64,000 nucleotides of DNA from Candidatus Velthaea sp. (lineage in GTDB: Bacteria; Vulcanimicrobiota; Vulcanimicrobiia; Vulcanimicrobiales; Vulcanimicrobiaceae): positions 17,937 to 81,936 of the forward strand of contig CBDCCS010000019.1 of assembly GCA_965214935.1 (NCBI GenBank), given 5' to 3'. Under the pieces are notes generated by a model. It did not search any database, was not told the DNA's origin, and saw only the letters and a program-made list of their open reading frames with translations. The position numbers and the translations under genes are program-made. Every line of letters begins with the position of its first letter. The stretch's first letter is position 1. Positions 29,233 to 42,358 of this stretch are shown piece by piece.

Positions 29233-29258
29233 GTACCCACTTAATGGGTCGACTACAC
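29233..29258 (-). promoter_or_regulatory. Putative SigB-type promoter of the DUF948-ytxH-rsbV-rsbW-sigB operon
   Basis: GTGTAG-N14-GGGTAC on the minus strand. Confidence 0.55.
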
Positions 29259-30404
29259 GATTGCAGGATCGCGCGCATCGTGAACGATTTGCGCAACGAG
29301 CGCCGTCACCGTATCGATTTGTCCCGCCGTCGTCGCGCGGCCGAGCGAGAAACGAATGACACCGCGTGCATAGCGCTCGGGTAACGCAAGCGCGGCCATG
29401 ACATGACTGCTCTCGAGCGAACCCGCTGCACATGCGCTTCCCGCCGATGCCGCCACGCCCGCGAGATCGAGTGCGATCAGCAACGCGTCGGCCGGCACAC
29501 CGGCAAATCCGACGCTGCTGATCCCGGCCAGCCGCTCGATGCTGCCGGCATTGATGCGGAGGTCGGTAACGCTTGCCCGCAGACCCGCTTCGAGGCGCTC
29601 CCGCAACGCACCGATCCGGGCGGCCTCGACGGCACATTGCGCCTGTGCGATCTCGAACGCGACCGCAAGGCCCGCGACGCCGGCGACGTTCTCGGTACCG
29701 GCGCGCAAACCGTGCTCTTGCCCGCCGCCGACGATTTGCGCGGCGATCGGTGTCCCCGACCGGACGTACAGAACGCCGACGCCCTTCGGTCCGTAAAATT
29801 TGTGTCCGGACAGCGACAACGCATCGACGCCCAGAGCGTCGACGTCGAGCGGCAGCGCGAACGGAGTTTGAACGGCATCCGTGTGGAACGGCACGCGCGC
29901 TCGGCGGGCGATTTGCGCCAGCTCTGCGATGGGGGCGATCGTTCCGATCTCGTTGTTTGCCAACATGATCGTTGCAAGCGCGGTGTCCGGGCGCAGCGCG
30001 CGTGCAAAGTCGCCCGGATCGATGCAACCGTCGCCGTCGACGCCCAGCCGGGTGACCGACCAGCCTTCGGCTTCAAGCACGTCGACGGCGTGCAGCACGG
30101 CATGATGTTCGGTCACACACGTGACGACATGCCGCCCGGCTGCGGCGCGCGCCCGGGCAATGCCGTAGATCGCTAAGTTGATCGACTCCGAGCCGCCGCC
30201 GGTAAAGATAATCTCGCGCGGTTTTGCGCCGAGCACTCGCGCAACGCTGATGCGCGCCGTATCGAGCGCATTGCGCGCCGCGCGGCCTTCGGCATGCAAC
30301 GAAGACGGATTGTAACCGCCGTCGGTCAGCAGCGGCAACATCGCCGCCACGGCTTCAGGGCGGGCCGGCGTCGTCGCTGCGTTGTCCAAATAGATACGCT
30401 TCAT
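29253..30404 (-). CDS. iscS: Cysteine desulfurase (IscS/NifS family)
   Basis: YLDNAATT, NPSSLH, HTDAVQ, SGHKFYGPKG, SAGSAC. Confidence 0.93.
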   Translation of the reverse strand: MKRIYLDNAATTPARPEAVAAMLPLLTDGGYNPSSLHAEGRAARNALDTARISVARVLGAKPREIIFTGGGSESINLAIYGIARARAAAGRHVVTCVTEHHAVLHAVDVLEAEGWSVTRLGVDGDGCIDPGDFARALRPDTALATIMLANNEIGTIAPIAELAQIARRARVPFHTDAVQTPFALPLDVDALGVDALSLSGHKFYGPKGVGVLYVRSGTPIAAQIVGGGQEHGLRAGTENVAGVAGLAVAFEIAQAQCAVEAARIGALRERLEAGLRASVTDLRINAGSIERLAGISSVGFAGVPADALLIALDLAGVAASAGSACAAGSLESSHVMAALALPERYARGVIRFSLGRATTAGQIDTVTALVAQIVHDARDPAIV

Positions 30405-31750
30405 GGAATCGCCGAGCGCCGTTCGTCGATCCAGGCCCGTAAGCGCGCTTCGTCGCCTTGGCGGGTCGGCTCGAAGTAGTGCCGGCCGTCAAGGGCATCC
30501 GGCAAATTCGATTGCAGCACGACCGCCGGCGGCAACTCGCCGGCGGCATCAAGTGCGGCATAGTCGGTGTGTGCGTAACGATAGCCCGCACCGTAGCCTA
30601 ATTTGCGCATGAGCGGCGTCGGCGCGTTGCGCAAATGGACGGGGACCGGGTCGTTACGTGTCTGGTCGACATCGGCCAGCGCAGCTTTATACGCCCGGCC
30701 GACGGTATTTGACTTCGGCGCGGTCGCAAGATACATCGTCGCATGCGCGAGCGGATAAAAGCCTTCCGGCATGCCGATGAAATGGACCGCTTGTTGCGCA
30801 GCCATCGCGAGCGGCAACGCATGCCGGTCGGCGAGTCCGATATCCTCGCTTGCCAAAATCACCAGCCGGCGCGCGATGAACAGCGCGTCTTCGCCGCTTT
30901 CGATCATCCGTGCGAGGTAGTACACCGCGGCGTCGGGATCGCTGCCGCGAACGGTTTTGATGAAAGCGCTAATGGTGTCGTAATGTCCGTCGCCGTTCTT
31001 GTCGTACGTGCGCGCACGCTTCTGCAAAGCGTCGGCGACCGTTTTTGCGTCGATCGTCGGCATCCCGTTCGCGTCGGGCGCAGCGGCGGCCGCAAATTCA
31101 AGAGTTCCGAGCGCTATCCGCGCATCGCCGTTCGCTAGGTTGACCAACGCATCGAGCGCCGGCGGCTCGATCCGCACACCGTTCGCGCCTAAACCGCGTT
31201 CACGATCGGCGAGCGCCCGTTCGAGCAACGTCCGAATATCGTCATCCTGCAGCGAGTTGAGCACGAACACGCGCGAACGGGAGAGCAGCGCGGAGTTGAC
31301 CTCGAACGATGGATTTTCGGTCGTTGCTCCGATCAGCGTCACGGTACCGTCCTCAACATACGGCAGCACCGCGTCTTGCTGCGCTTTGTTGAAGCGGTGG
31401 ATTTCGTCGATAAACAGGACGCTGCGGCGGCCGGCGGCTTTGAGCTTCGCTGCATCGGCCGTCACGCGGCGCAAGTCGGCGACACCGGCGCTCACCGCCG
31501 AGAGCGCGATGAAGTGCGCGCCGGTCCGGGCGGCGATGATGCGCGCCAAGGTCGTCTTTCCGGTACCCGGCGGACCCCACAGGATCATCGACGGAAGCTG
31601 ATCGCTCTCGATCGCTCGACGCAGCGCCCGCCCCGCTCCGACGATCTGTTCCTGACCGACGAATTCATCGAGCGAACGCGGCCGCATGCGAGCGGCGAGC
31701 GGCTCGCGAATCGCCGGACCGCTCGATCCGCCGTCAAAGAGTCCGATCAT
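30401..31750 (-). CDS. rarA: Replication-associated recombination protein A
   Basis: PLAARMRP, WGPPGTGKT, DEIHRFNKAQQD, GATTENPSF, ASEDIG. Confidence 0.95.
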   Translation of the reverse strand: MIGLFDGGSSGPAIREPLAARMRPRSLDEFVGQEQIVGAGRALRRAIESDQLPSMILWGPPGTGKTTLARIIAARTGAHFIALSAVSAGVADLRRVTADAAKLKAAGRRSVLFIDEIHRFNKAQQDAVLPYVEDGTVTLIGATTENPSFEVNSALLSRSRVFVLNSLQDDDIRTLLERALADRERGLGANGVRIEPPALDALVNLANGDARIALGTLEFAAAAAPDANGMPTIDAKTVADALQKRARTYDKNGDGHYDTISAFIKTVRGSDPDAAVYYLARMIESGEDALFIARRLVILASEDIGLADRHALPLAMAAQQAVHFIGMPEGFYPLAHATMYLATAPKSNTVGRAYKAALADVDQTRNDPVPVHLRNAPTPLMRKLGYGAGYRYAHTDYAALDAAGELPPAVVLQSNLPDALDGRHYFEPTRQGDEARLRAWIDERRSAIP

Positions 31751-31756
31751 CTGCGC

Positions 31757-32434
31757 TTACTTCGGCTTGGGTGTGGGCTTGGACTTCGGAGCCGGCGTCG
31801 GTAACGTTGACGTCGTGCCGGGTGCCGCATGGCCCGCCGGTTGAGTAAGAACGAGCGGATTGCCGCTCGTGCTGACGTCTTTTGTCAGCGTATCGTAATG
31901 CAGCATTTGCGCGCTCAGCGTTTCATCACCGTCGCCGAGACGAACGTCGCCGCTGAGGTCGAGTGCATGCGAACCCTGGTCGAGTTTGCCGTTCTGCGCC
32001 GTTGCATGCCGCGTGCCTTGAACGTAGTGAACGTTTCCCGTTGCAACGTAAATCTTGCGTTTTGAATCAACTTGCAATTCGTTACACTCGAGCGTTGCGG
32101 GCCCGCCGCCCGCCGCCGCTCCTGCCTGCTGCGCTTCGGACGCCCGGCCGTCATCGTGCAGCACGACGTGGCCGGAAATCGTGACCGTACCGGCCTTGAA
32201 ATTCCCCTTGGCACTATCGCCGGCAACGTCGGTTCCCGGCCGAAAGAAGCGAACGTGATGCGGCATGGTAAAATCGCCGTTATTTAAATTTGATTGCGAC
32301 GAATCGGTTTCGATGCGGAAATCTCGCGTCGTTGCGGCAGCCGGCGCCGCAGCCGAAGCTGCACCGGCCGCCGACGATATCGTCGCTACCAGCATGCCGG
32401 CGAGAGCGGCGATCGCATACGCGGCTTGGAGCAT
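31757..32434 (-). CDS. LptA/OstA-family beta-jellyroll protein
   Basis: Signal peptide; repeated ISGHVVL, ATGNVHY, LSGDVRL strands. Confidence 0.75.
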   Translation of the reverse strand: MLQAAYAIAALAGMLVATISSAAGAASAAAPAAATTRDFRIETDSSQSNLNNGDFTMPHHVRFFRPGTDVAGDSAKGNFKAGTVTISGHVVLHDDGRASEAQQAGAAAGGGPATLECNELQVDSKRKIYVATGNVHYVQGTRHATAQNGKLDQGSHALDLSGDVRLGDGDETLSAQMLHYDTLTKDVSTSGNPLVLTQPAGHAAPGTTSTLPTPAPKSKPTPKPK

Positions 32435-32475
32435 ACCGTTGCTTACTATCGCCTTCGCGCGACGAAGTTCCGTTT

Positions 32476-33483
<1,008 letters not shown>

Positions 33484-33594
33484 TCAAGACTTCGGCGCGC
33501 GGCGTTCACGTCACGCCGGATAGGCCGCGCGACCTTGATGCGTTCGGGGCTTGCAAGCGAAATCCTAATGCGTTCGCTCGGCTGCGACGCGCAG

Positions 33595-34956
33595 CTAGCG
33601 GCTGCTGTTGACGACGCGCGGAAACGCGCTTGTTTCCGACGTTCCGATCGGTTCCATATATGGTGTCGTACCGCTCGAACGTTGAACCTGCGCTCCTAAT
33701 GCCGACAACATTTCTTCGAGCCGTTCGTAGCCGCGATCGATATATTCGAGTCCGATGATCTCGGTCTCGCCGTTCGCGGCAAGCCCGGCGAGTACGAGCG
33801 CGGCTCCAGCCCGAATATCCGGAGCTTCGACGGGTGCACCCGATAGCGCCGAGCCGCCTTTGATGAGCGCCGTATTGTTATCCATTGCAACGCGCACGTC
33901 GGCACCCATGCGCCGCAACTCGTTCACGTAGGTAAAGCGCGCGTTGAAAATCGATTCCTCAACGACGCTCGTACCGGGCGCGGTGCACAAAAACGTTACC
34001 ATCGGCGGCTGCAAATCGGTCGGAAAGCCGGGATGCGGCGCAGTGACGATATCGGTGCCGCCGCCGATCGTCGACGCGTCCGCGCGAAGCCAATCGTCGC
34101 CGGACGTCATTTGCACGCCGCATTCGGTGAGCGCGGTTTGAAGCGCGCTCAGGTCCTGCGGCCGGGCCCCGGTTACCGTCACGTCACCGCGAGTGACGGC
34201 ACCGGCCAGCAACAGCGTTCCGGTGACGATGCGATCGGCAACGATCGTATAATCGACGCCGTGCAGCGATTCGACTCCGTCGATGCGCACGATATCTTCG
34301 CCGATGCCGCTGATGCGTGCACCCATGAGCACCAGGAAGTGCGCCAAATCAACGACCTCGGGCTCCATCGCGGCATTGCGAATCGTCGTCGTACCGCGGG
34401 CGCGTACCGCCGCAAGCATCGCGTTTTTCGTCGCGCCGACCGACGGCGTGCGAAACTCGATCTCGCCGCCGATGAGCGTCGGGCCGATGCTCTGCGCGAT
34501 GAGGTAGCCGTGTTCGTTCGATACGCTTGCACCGAGCGCGCGAAATGCCGTTTCATGGAGATCCGTCGCCCGGGTGCCTAAAATACAACCACCCGGCAAC
34601 GGCACCTCGGCTCGGCCGAAGCGCCCCAACAGCGGGCCGACTAAGTCGAACGAAGCTGCAAGTTTGCGCACGAGCGTGTACGGCGCGCGATGCACGGCAA
34701 CGTTACTCGAATCGATCGTGATGGTGTTCGGACCCTCGAGCGAAATTCGGGCGCCGAGCGCTTCGAGCAACGACCACATTACGGAGACATCGGTAATGCG
34801 CGGAACGCGATGCAACGTGACTTTGCCCTTGGCGAGCAACGCCGCGGCCATGATCGGCAGAGCGGCGTTTTTCGCACCTTGCGTTTCAACCGAACCGACT
34901 AAGCGTGCCCCGCCGCGCACCCGCAATGTCGTATCGAGCCGGTCTAACACGTTCAT
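33595..34956 (-). CDS. murA: UDP-N-acetylglucosamine 1-carboxyvinyltransferase
   Basis: GAKNAALP, LPGGC, SVGAT, PGFPTDLQ, DIRAGAA, IDRGYE. Confidence 0.96.
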   Translation of the reverse strand: MNVLDRLDTTLRVRGGARLVGSVETQGAKNAALPIMAAALLAKGKVTLHRVPRITDVSVMWSLLEALGARISLEGPNTITIDSSNVAVHRAPYTLVRKLAASFDLVGPLLGRFGRAEVPLPGGCILGTRATDLHETAFRALGASVSNEHGYLIAQSIGPTLIGGEIEFRTPSVGATKNAMLAAVRARGTTTIRNAAMEPEVVDLAHFLVLMGARISGIGEDIVRIDGVESLHGVDYTIVADRIVTGTLLLAGAVTRGDVTVTGARPQDLSALQTALTECGVQMTSGDDWLRADASTIGGGTDIVTAPHPGFPTDLQPPMVTFLCTAPGTSVVEESIFNARFTYVNELRRMGADVRVAMDNNTALIKGGSALSGAPVEAPDIRAGAALVLAGLAANGETEIIGLEYIDRGYERLEEMLSALGAQVQRSSGTTPYMEPIGTSETSAFPRVVNSSR

Positions 34957-35004
34957 CGCAACCGCCGTTCGACGGTCGTCGATTCGATTTCTCCGTGCGA
35001 CCGG

Positions 35005-36387
35005 GTGTTCTCACTACCGTCGCTCGAAGACGGGGACGACTCGATTGCACCATCGACCGGAGGAACTGTGGCTCGCAGCATCATCGCGCCCGCGGAGCGC
35101 GTTACGAATCTTCGCTGGGGGATTGCCCTCATACTCGGTTTCGGTGTGCTCGTCAATTATATCGATCGCGGCGCTCTGAGTGTCGCGCAACCGTCGCTTC
35201 ATCGCGATCTTGGGCTCGGTCCGGTCGAGTTCGGTCTGCTCAGCAGTGCGTTCTTTTGGATCTACGCGCTCGCGCAAGTGCCTGTCGGCGTGCTGCTCGA
35301 TCGCTTCGGCGTTACGCTACTTTCACGCTTGAGCGCGTTACTCTGGACGGTTGCGTCGATCCTGACGGCGATCGCGCCGAATTTTGCGTTTCTTTTTGCC
35401 GCTCGATCGTTTTTAGGCATTGCCGAAGCCCCGACGTTTCCCGCCAACGCGAAAGCCGTCGGTTACTGGTTTCCACGCGGCGAACGCAGTTTCGCGACGT
35501 CACTTTTCGATGCCGCAGCGAAGCTTTCAAGCGGGATCGGCGTGCTTTTTACCGGCTGGCTGCTCGTGCGTTTCGGCTGGCGCGGTATGTTTTGGACAAC
35601 CGCCTTACTCAGTCTCTTTTTCTTGGCGCTGTTCTTCGTTTTTTACCGCAATCCGGGCGTCGACAAGCGCTTGACCTATGCCGAGGCGCAGTACATCAAA
35701 GACGGCGGCGGTGAACCGGAAAGCCCCGCCGGCAGCGTGCCGCGCGGACCCGGCTTCAGTTATCTGCTGCGTCAGCCCAAAGTCTGGGGATTAACGATCG
35801 GCTTCAGCGCTTACGATTATTTATTTGCACTGCTTTTGACGTGGCTGCCGAGCTATCTGACGTCGACCTTTTCAATCAATATCGTCAGTGCCGGGGGTTA
35901 CGCGCTGTTGATTTGGGGCGTCGCGACCATCAGCGACTTAGCCATCGGCGGCTGGCTCGCCGACTATCTCATCAAACGCGGCAGCGATGCAAACCGCACT
36001 CGGAAAACGTTGCTGATTGCCGGACTCGTGATCGGCTTCGCGGTCATCGGCGCGGCGTACACGAAAGATCTCCATTTAGCGGTGTTTTGGATGACGGTCG
36101 CCGCAGCCGGGATCGCATTCCATGCACCCGTTGCCTGGTCGATTCCCGGGTTGATCGCCCCGCGCAACAGCACCGGACAGATCGGCGGTGTCATGAACTT
36201 GTTCGGCAATCTCTCGAGCGCGGCTGCACCGATCGCTACCGGCTTGATCGTCGCGCGCACGGGTTCGTTTTCCGCAGCGATCGTAACGGCCGCGCTGATT
36301 TTACTCGTCGGCATCGCTGCATATAGCTTCGTGCTGGGTCGCATCGAAAAAATTCCCGAACCTTTGCACGCAGGCGCCGGACGTTGA
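35005..36387 (+). CDS. MFS transporter (ACS/sugar-acid type)
   Basis: NYIDRG, AFFWIYA, DRFG, AEAPTFP, WFPRGER, LTWLPSY. Confidence 0.92.
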   Translation: MFSLPSLEDGDDSIAPSTGGTVARSIIAPAERVTNLRWGIALILGFGVLVNYIDRGALSVAQPSLHRDLGLGPVEFGLLSSAFFWIYALAQVPVGVLLDRFGVTLLSRLSALLWTVASILTAIAPNFAFLFAARSFLGIAEAPTFPANAKAVGYWFPRGERSFATSLFDAAAKLSSGIGVLFTGWLLVRFGWRGMFWTTALLSLFFLALFFVFYRNPGVDKRLTYAEAQYIKDGGGEPESPAGSVPRGPGFSYLLRQPKVWGLTIGFSAYDYLFALLLTWLPSYLTSTFSINIVSAGGYALLIWGVATISDLAIGGWLADYLIKRGSDANRTRKTLLIAGLVIGFAVIGAAYTKDLHLAVFWMTVAAAGIAFHAPVAWSIPGLIAPRNSTGQIGGVMNLFGNLSSAAAPIATGLIVARTGSFSAAIVTAALILLVGIAAYSFVLGRIEKIPEPLHAGAGR

Positions 36388-37883
36388 GTCGCGCCGACGC
36401 ACCGTCGGTCGTCATCGGCGTCGATCTGGGGACCAGTGCGGTCAAAGTGCTGGCCGTGACGCCGGCCGGTCGCGAAATAACGGCTGCCTCGGAATTCTAT
36501 GGGCTAGTAACACCGCATCCCGATTTCGTCGAACAAGATGCGAACGTGATCTACAGTGCCGCGATGCGCGTACTCGAACGCGTACTTGCGGACGTGCATC
36601 TGCGCGGCAGCGAAGTGCTAGCAATTGGTTTCTCGAGCGCAATGCACGGTGTTCTCGCGGTCGACGCGGCCGGTGAACCGATCTCGAACCTCATTACCTG
36701 GCTCGACCGGCGGAGCGCCGGTATTGCCGAGTCGTGGCGTACCGACGGCACGGGGATTGCGCTGTATCGCCGCACCGGCGCGCCGATGCATCCGATGCTG
36801 CCATTGACGAAACTGCGCTGGCTGCGCGATAACGACCCCAAGCTTTTCGAGCGAGCCCGGCGTTTCGTCGGCCTCAAGGAACTGTTCGTCTTTCGCTGGA
36901 CCGGCGAATGGCTCGTCGATTGGGGGATCGCGTCTGCGACGGGTCTCTTCTCGCTTGCATCACCGGCGTGGGATGCGCGCGCGCTCGAACTCGCCGGGCT
37001 CGCTGCGTACCGCTTATCACAACCGGCCGCGCCGACGACGGCGCTACGCACGTTTCGGGCGGCGGTTGCAAATCAGCTCCGACTGGCGGATCGAACGGCA
37101 GTCGTCCTCGGAACGAGCGACGGCGCGCTTGCAAATATCGGCATTGGAGCATCGCTTGCGGGCGACCTTGCACTTACGCTCGGCACGAGCGGCGCGCTTC
37201 GCCGGTTCGTCGACGCGCCGGCAATCGACGCAGCGGGGCGGACCTTTTGCTACTACGCTGATGATACGCGCTTCATCGTCGGCGGCCCGACCAGCAGCGC
37301 CGGCGCCTCGCTCGACTGGATCTTCGGCTTGCTGCTCGCCGAAACGCCGCGCGCAGACCGCTTCGCGCAGGCTGCGGCGCTTGCCGCGGACGTCGCCGCC
37401 GGTGCCGCCGGGCTCATCGTGTTGCCGTTCTTTTCCGGCGAGCGCGCACCGTATTGGCGAAGTTCGCTACGCGGTTCGTTTGACGGCCTCGATCTGTCGC
37501 ACGATCGCGCGACGATCTTGCGCGCCGCGTTTGAGGGAGTCGTGTTTGGAATGCGCGCCGTTTACGACGTCGTTCGCGAAACGACCGGCAGCGCACAACG
37601 CCTACTGCTCTCGGGCGGTTTGACGAAAGCACCCCTCGTGCGCTCGCTGCTTGCCGATATTTTCGATTTGCCTGCGGTTCAGCCGCATCAACAAGAAGCG
37701 TCCGCATTTGGCGCAGCACTCATCGCCGCGCAAGCCGTCGGTGCGATCGATAATGCGTCCGATCGGGCGCGCGATGCCGGCTACGATGCTCCGACGGCGC
37801 CGGATGCGACCCAGCGTGAAGCGTATTCAAACGCGTACGCACGCTACGCGAAATGCGTGGACGTGCACCTCGCCCTCTACTAA
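36384..37883 (+). CDS. gntK: FGGY carbohydrate kinase, gluconokinase-like
   Basis: GVDLGTSAVK, FSSAMHG, TGAPMHPM, SDGALAN, GTSGALR, RTFCY, GERAPYW. Confidence 0.85.
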   Translation: MSRADAPSVVIGVDLGTSAVKVLAVTPAGREITAASEFYGLVTPHPDFVEQDANVIYSAAMRVLERVLADVHLRGSEVLAIGFSSAMHGVLAVDAAGEPISNLITWLDRRSAGIAESWRTDGTGIALYRRTGAPMHPMLPLTKLRWLRDNDPKLFERARRFVGLKELFVFRWTGEWLVDWGIASATGLFSLASPAWDARALELAGLAAYRLSQPAAPTTALRTFRAAVANQLRLADRTAVVLGTSDGALANIGIGASLAGDLALTLGTSGALRRFVDAPAIDAAGRTFCYYADDTRFIVGGPTSSAGASLDWIFGLLLAETPRADRFAQAAALAADVAAGAAGLIVLPFFSGERAPYWRSSLRGSFDGLDLSHDRATILRAAFEGVVFGMRAVYDVVRETTGSAQRLLLSGGLTKAPLVRSLLADIFDLPAVQPHQQEASAFGAALIAAQAVGAIDNASDRARDAGYDAPTAPDATQREAYSNAYARYAKCVDVHLALY

Positions 37884-37888
37884 ACGAA

Positions 37889-37914
37889 AACGCGCGCTGC
37901 AAGCAGCACGCGTT
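37889..37914 (-). terminator. Intrinsic terminator between convergent gntK and the YsnF gene
   Basis: AACGCGCGCTGC-AA-GCAGCACGCGTT hairpin followed by TTTTCGTTT on the minus strand. Confidence 0.6.
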
Positions 37915-37958
37915 CCGATCGTTCGGCTCTGAGCGTCTCGCTGCAGAGGCGTTAGCGA

Positions 37959-39107
37959 TTAAATGCGCGGGTCGGTCGTTCCGTAACCGGTTGATACGCC
38001 GGTCGTCGAAGCGCTGCCGCCGTCGACATCCACAACGTTCAACTCTTCTTTGCGGGTCGTTTCCGTAACGTGTTGCACTTCCTCGACTTCACGTTTACCG
38101 ACGACGACTTCCTCGGTTACGACGGCGACCTTCGATACATTCAACGTCTCTTCGGTCAGCGGAATACTAATGACTTCGGAATCGGTGCCGATCGGCGCAC
38201 CGGTGCTCGCCGTCGTGCTGCTTACCGGACGGCGCTCGATGAACAGCTCTTCGTGGATGAGCGGAACATCGACGCTCTGCGTCTGCGTAACAATGTCTTT
38301 GCTGATCGTCGCTGCGCCGCGCGAACGCCGCTCGGTATCGATGCGCAACCGCTCTTCGCGCAGTTGGATGCGCGTCGGCTCATCGATCGTTTGACCGCTG
38401 CGATACGCACCGTAGTCATCAGAAGCGTCGACGCCGAAGGCACTCGACACCGGTACATCGGTTGCGTACCGGTCGCTCGTGGTATTCGAGACGCTGCCGA
38501 TCGAAGCTCCGGCAAGCGGCGCCGCTTCTGCACTTACATCGTACGCGCCGCCGGGCGTCGTCATGCCGCTTGCAATCGCACCGCCGGCGAGACCACCGGT
38601 CGCCGCAAGTCCGGCACTCGATGCAAACGAACCGGTCGCCGGCGGAGAATACGAGCCGGCCGTCTTATAACCGGTTGCACCGAACCCGCCGGTAATGAGC
38701 TTTCCGCCGTTTTGCGAAACAATTTGTGCGGCAAGCTCGGGATGGTTGGCACCGTCGACCGTAACGATCGCACTGCGGGCCGGCAACGCTCCGGCCGACT
38801 TTGCATCGGCTTCCGAGACACCATGTTTGATGAGCGCGGCATGTAGCGTTTCATCGCCCTCGCCGAACATGCGCGCGAACCAGTTATCGGCTTCGACCCG
38901 CGTCTCCGCACCTTCGTTCGACATCGAAGCGTAACCGGCCGAATCTTCGGTCCGCGTAATGCCCAGCCACGTATCGCGAAAGCCTTCTTCGTGTAAACGA
39001 TTGATGGCATCGTGCGCGCTTTCACGATCCGCAAACATTGCCGCAAGCGTCGTACGCTCGTAATCAGCGGTCGAATCGACATCGCTATAACTGCTGTCCG
39101 TGTTCAT
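37959..39107 (-). CDS. YsnF/AvaK (DUF2382) domain stress protein
   Basis: IQLREERLRI, DVPLIHEELFIERRPV, VVTEEVVVGKR; GGAGG RBS. Confidence 0.88.
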   Translation of the reverse strand: MNTDSSYSDVDSTADYERTTLAAMFADRESAHDAINRLHEEGFRDTWLGITRTEDSAGYASMSNEGAETRVEADNWFARMFGEGDETLHAALIKHGVSEADAKSAGALPARSAIVTVDGANHPELAAQIVSQNGGKLITGGFGATGYKTAGSYSPPATGSFASSAGLAATGGLAGGAIASGMTTPGGAYDVSAEAAPLAGASIGSVSNTTSDRYATDVPVSSAFGVDASDDYGAYRSGQTIDEPTRIQLREERLRIDTERRSRGAATISKDIVTQTQSVDVPLIHEELFIERRPVSSTTASTGAPIGTDSEVISIPLTEETLNVSKVAVVTEEVVVGKREVEEVQHVTETTRKEELNVVDVDGGSASTTGVSTGYGTTDPRI

Positions 39108-39146
39108 AAATCCTCCGGTCAAACGTTGTTTTGGTCGTGCAGAATG

Positions 39147-39171
39147 GTTCCCAAAACGGTTCGACTTACAC
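39147..39171 (-). promoter_or_regulatory. Putative SigB-type promoter
   Basis: GTGTAA-N13-GGGAAC upstream of the YsnF gene. Confidence 0.55.
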
Positions 39172-39223
39172 CAACTAAGCGACCCTCGCCCGTGTAATCT
39201 TTAAGGCAAGTAAGGGCCGCCCG

Positions 39224-39643
39224 CTAGGCGTTCCCGCTCAAGCGCAGTTGGGCCAGAGCAAAATCGATCTTGGCCTGCTCGCGAGCGGCGAGATTTGCAT
39301 CGCTGCCGGCGGCGCGGTGGGCGTCTTGAGCGGCCGCCAATTGCTCGCGTACCTTGGCGGCATCGATCTCATCGGGCGCCAAAGCCGCATCCGCCAAGAC
39401 GGTTACCTTTCCGGGCAATGCCTGAACGAAGCCTTCGCTCGTCGCCAGCTCCAAACGTCGCGACGTGCCGTTTTCAACGACGTTCGCGCGCAACACCCCC
39501 GCTTTGAGCGCCGCGAGAAACGGCGCATGCGAGGGCAGAAAACCTTCTTCGCCTTCAGTGGTAACGGCGATCACGAGTTCGGCCTCGCCATCGAACCGGA
39601 CGGCCAGCGGAGTAACGATCGTAAACGGGATCGTGTTTGCCAC
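39224..39643 (-). CDS. atpC: ATP synthase epsilon subunit
   Basis: IVTP, EGEEGFLPSHAPF, GFVQ..VTVLAD; operon position. Confidence 0.95.
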   Translation of the reverse strand: MANTIPFTIVTPLAVRFDGEAELVIAVTTEGEEGFLPSHAPFLAALKAGVLRANVVENGTSRRLELATSEGFVQALPGKVTVLADAALAPDEIDAAKVREQLAAAQDAHRAAGSDANLAAREQAKIDFALAQLRLSGNA

Positions 39644-39646
39644 GTC

Positions 39647-41170
<1,524 letters not shown>

Positions 41171-41183
41171 TTATCGAGTTGGC

Positions 41184-41483
41184 ACGAGCGGCGTGAGGCG
41201 GTGCGGCGGTGGCGGGGACGCCCGCGATTTGCCCTCGTGGCAAATCGCTACTTCCGAAAACTTTGCTCTCGCTATCCTAGCTTCGCAAAGTTGTTCGAGA
41301 CACCGTCACCGCCGCACCGCCTCCCGCCACTCTCGTCACATGGAAGATGTCACGAGTGCTACGCCACCCGTATGCCCGGTGATGGGTGGGGGGATCGTGT
41401 TCGGTGCCGGGGGTCAAACAGTTACGCGCAGCCCGGAAGGCGGAGCGGAACTGCTGCAAGTAGCGATTCGGCCGCCCATCACC
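41184..41483. repeat. Two adjacent highly structured non-coding elements (MITE/REP-like or ncRNA) between atpG and atpD
   Basis: A 26-bp stem (41190-41215 / 41303-41328) encloses two hairpins. A second stem (41378-41389 / 41472-41483) encloses another hairpin. Confidence 0.7.
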
Positions 41484-42339
41484 CCGCTAAAGCTTCAGCC
41501 CCGCCGACGATCTCCAGAATCTCGGTGGTGATGGCGGCTTGGCGGGCGTTGTTCATGGTGATCGTGAGTTCGTCGATGAGTTTTTTGGCGTTATCGGTCG
41601 CGTTGTTCATCGCGACGAGTTGAGCGGCGAAGAACGACGCGTTGGTTTCGAGCATTGCCGAGAAGATCGTGAACTCGAGATATTTTGGGAGCAGGCGCGA
41701 CAGAACGGCTTCGGGCGAGGGCGCGAACTCGACGGCGCCGCTGGGTGTGTCGGTGGTTGATTCGATTTTTTCGGGGACGACGGGAACGACCGAGCGGGTC
41801 TCCGGGCGCTGCGACATCATGTTGATGAACTTCGGTGCAATGAGCGTGATGCCTGAGATTTTGCCGGCGGTGAAATCGTCGGAAACTGTTTGCGCGACTT
41901 CGCGCGCGGTGTCGAGCATGACGCCTTGCGTGAGTGTCCAGTGACCGTTGGTCGGGCCGGTTTGACGGCGTAACGCGTTGCGGCCTTTGATGCCGACGCT
42001 GTACCAAGCCAGGTTGGTGGTGCTGCGGCTGAACGATTCGGCTTGACGGATGAGGTTGGAGTTAAAGGCGCCGGCAAGGCCCTTGTCCGCGGTCATCACG
42101 ATGACGCCGAGCGGCGCGCCGTCGCGGCCCGGTTTCATAAACGGATGGTCGATGTTCGAGACACTCGCGGTCAAGTCGCGTAACATTGCCGAAAGCGCGT
42201 CGGCGTAGGGACGGGCTTGCTTTTGAAGCGCTTCGGCGCGCCGGATCCGCGCGGCGGCGACTTGCTTCATCGCCTTGGTAATTTGCTGCGTATTTTTGAG
42301 CGACCGTATGCGGTCGCGCAGATCTCGTACCGTTGCCAT
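41479..42339 (-). CDS. atpG: ATP synthase gamma subunit
   Basis: NTQQITKAMKQVAA, ADKGLAGAFN, AMNNATDNA, ARQAAITTEI. Confidence 0.97.
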   Translation of the reverse strand: MATVRDLRDRIRSLKNTQQITKAMKQVAAARIRRAEALQKQARPYADALSAMLRDLTASVSNIDHPFMKPGRDGAPLGVIVMTADKGLAGAFNSNLIRQAESFSRSTTNLAWYSVGIKGRNALRRQTGPTNGHWTLTQGVMLDTAREVAQTVSDDFTAGKISGITLIAPKFINMMSQRPETRSVVPVVPEKIESTTDTPSGAVEFAPSPEAVLSRLLPKYLEFTIFSAMLETNASFFAAQLVAMNNATDNAKKLIDELTITMNNARQAAITTEILEIVGGAEALAG

Positions 42340-42358
42340 TAAACGCTGACTGCAACCA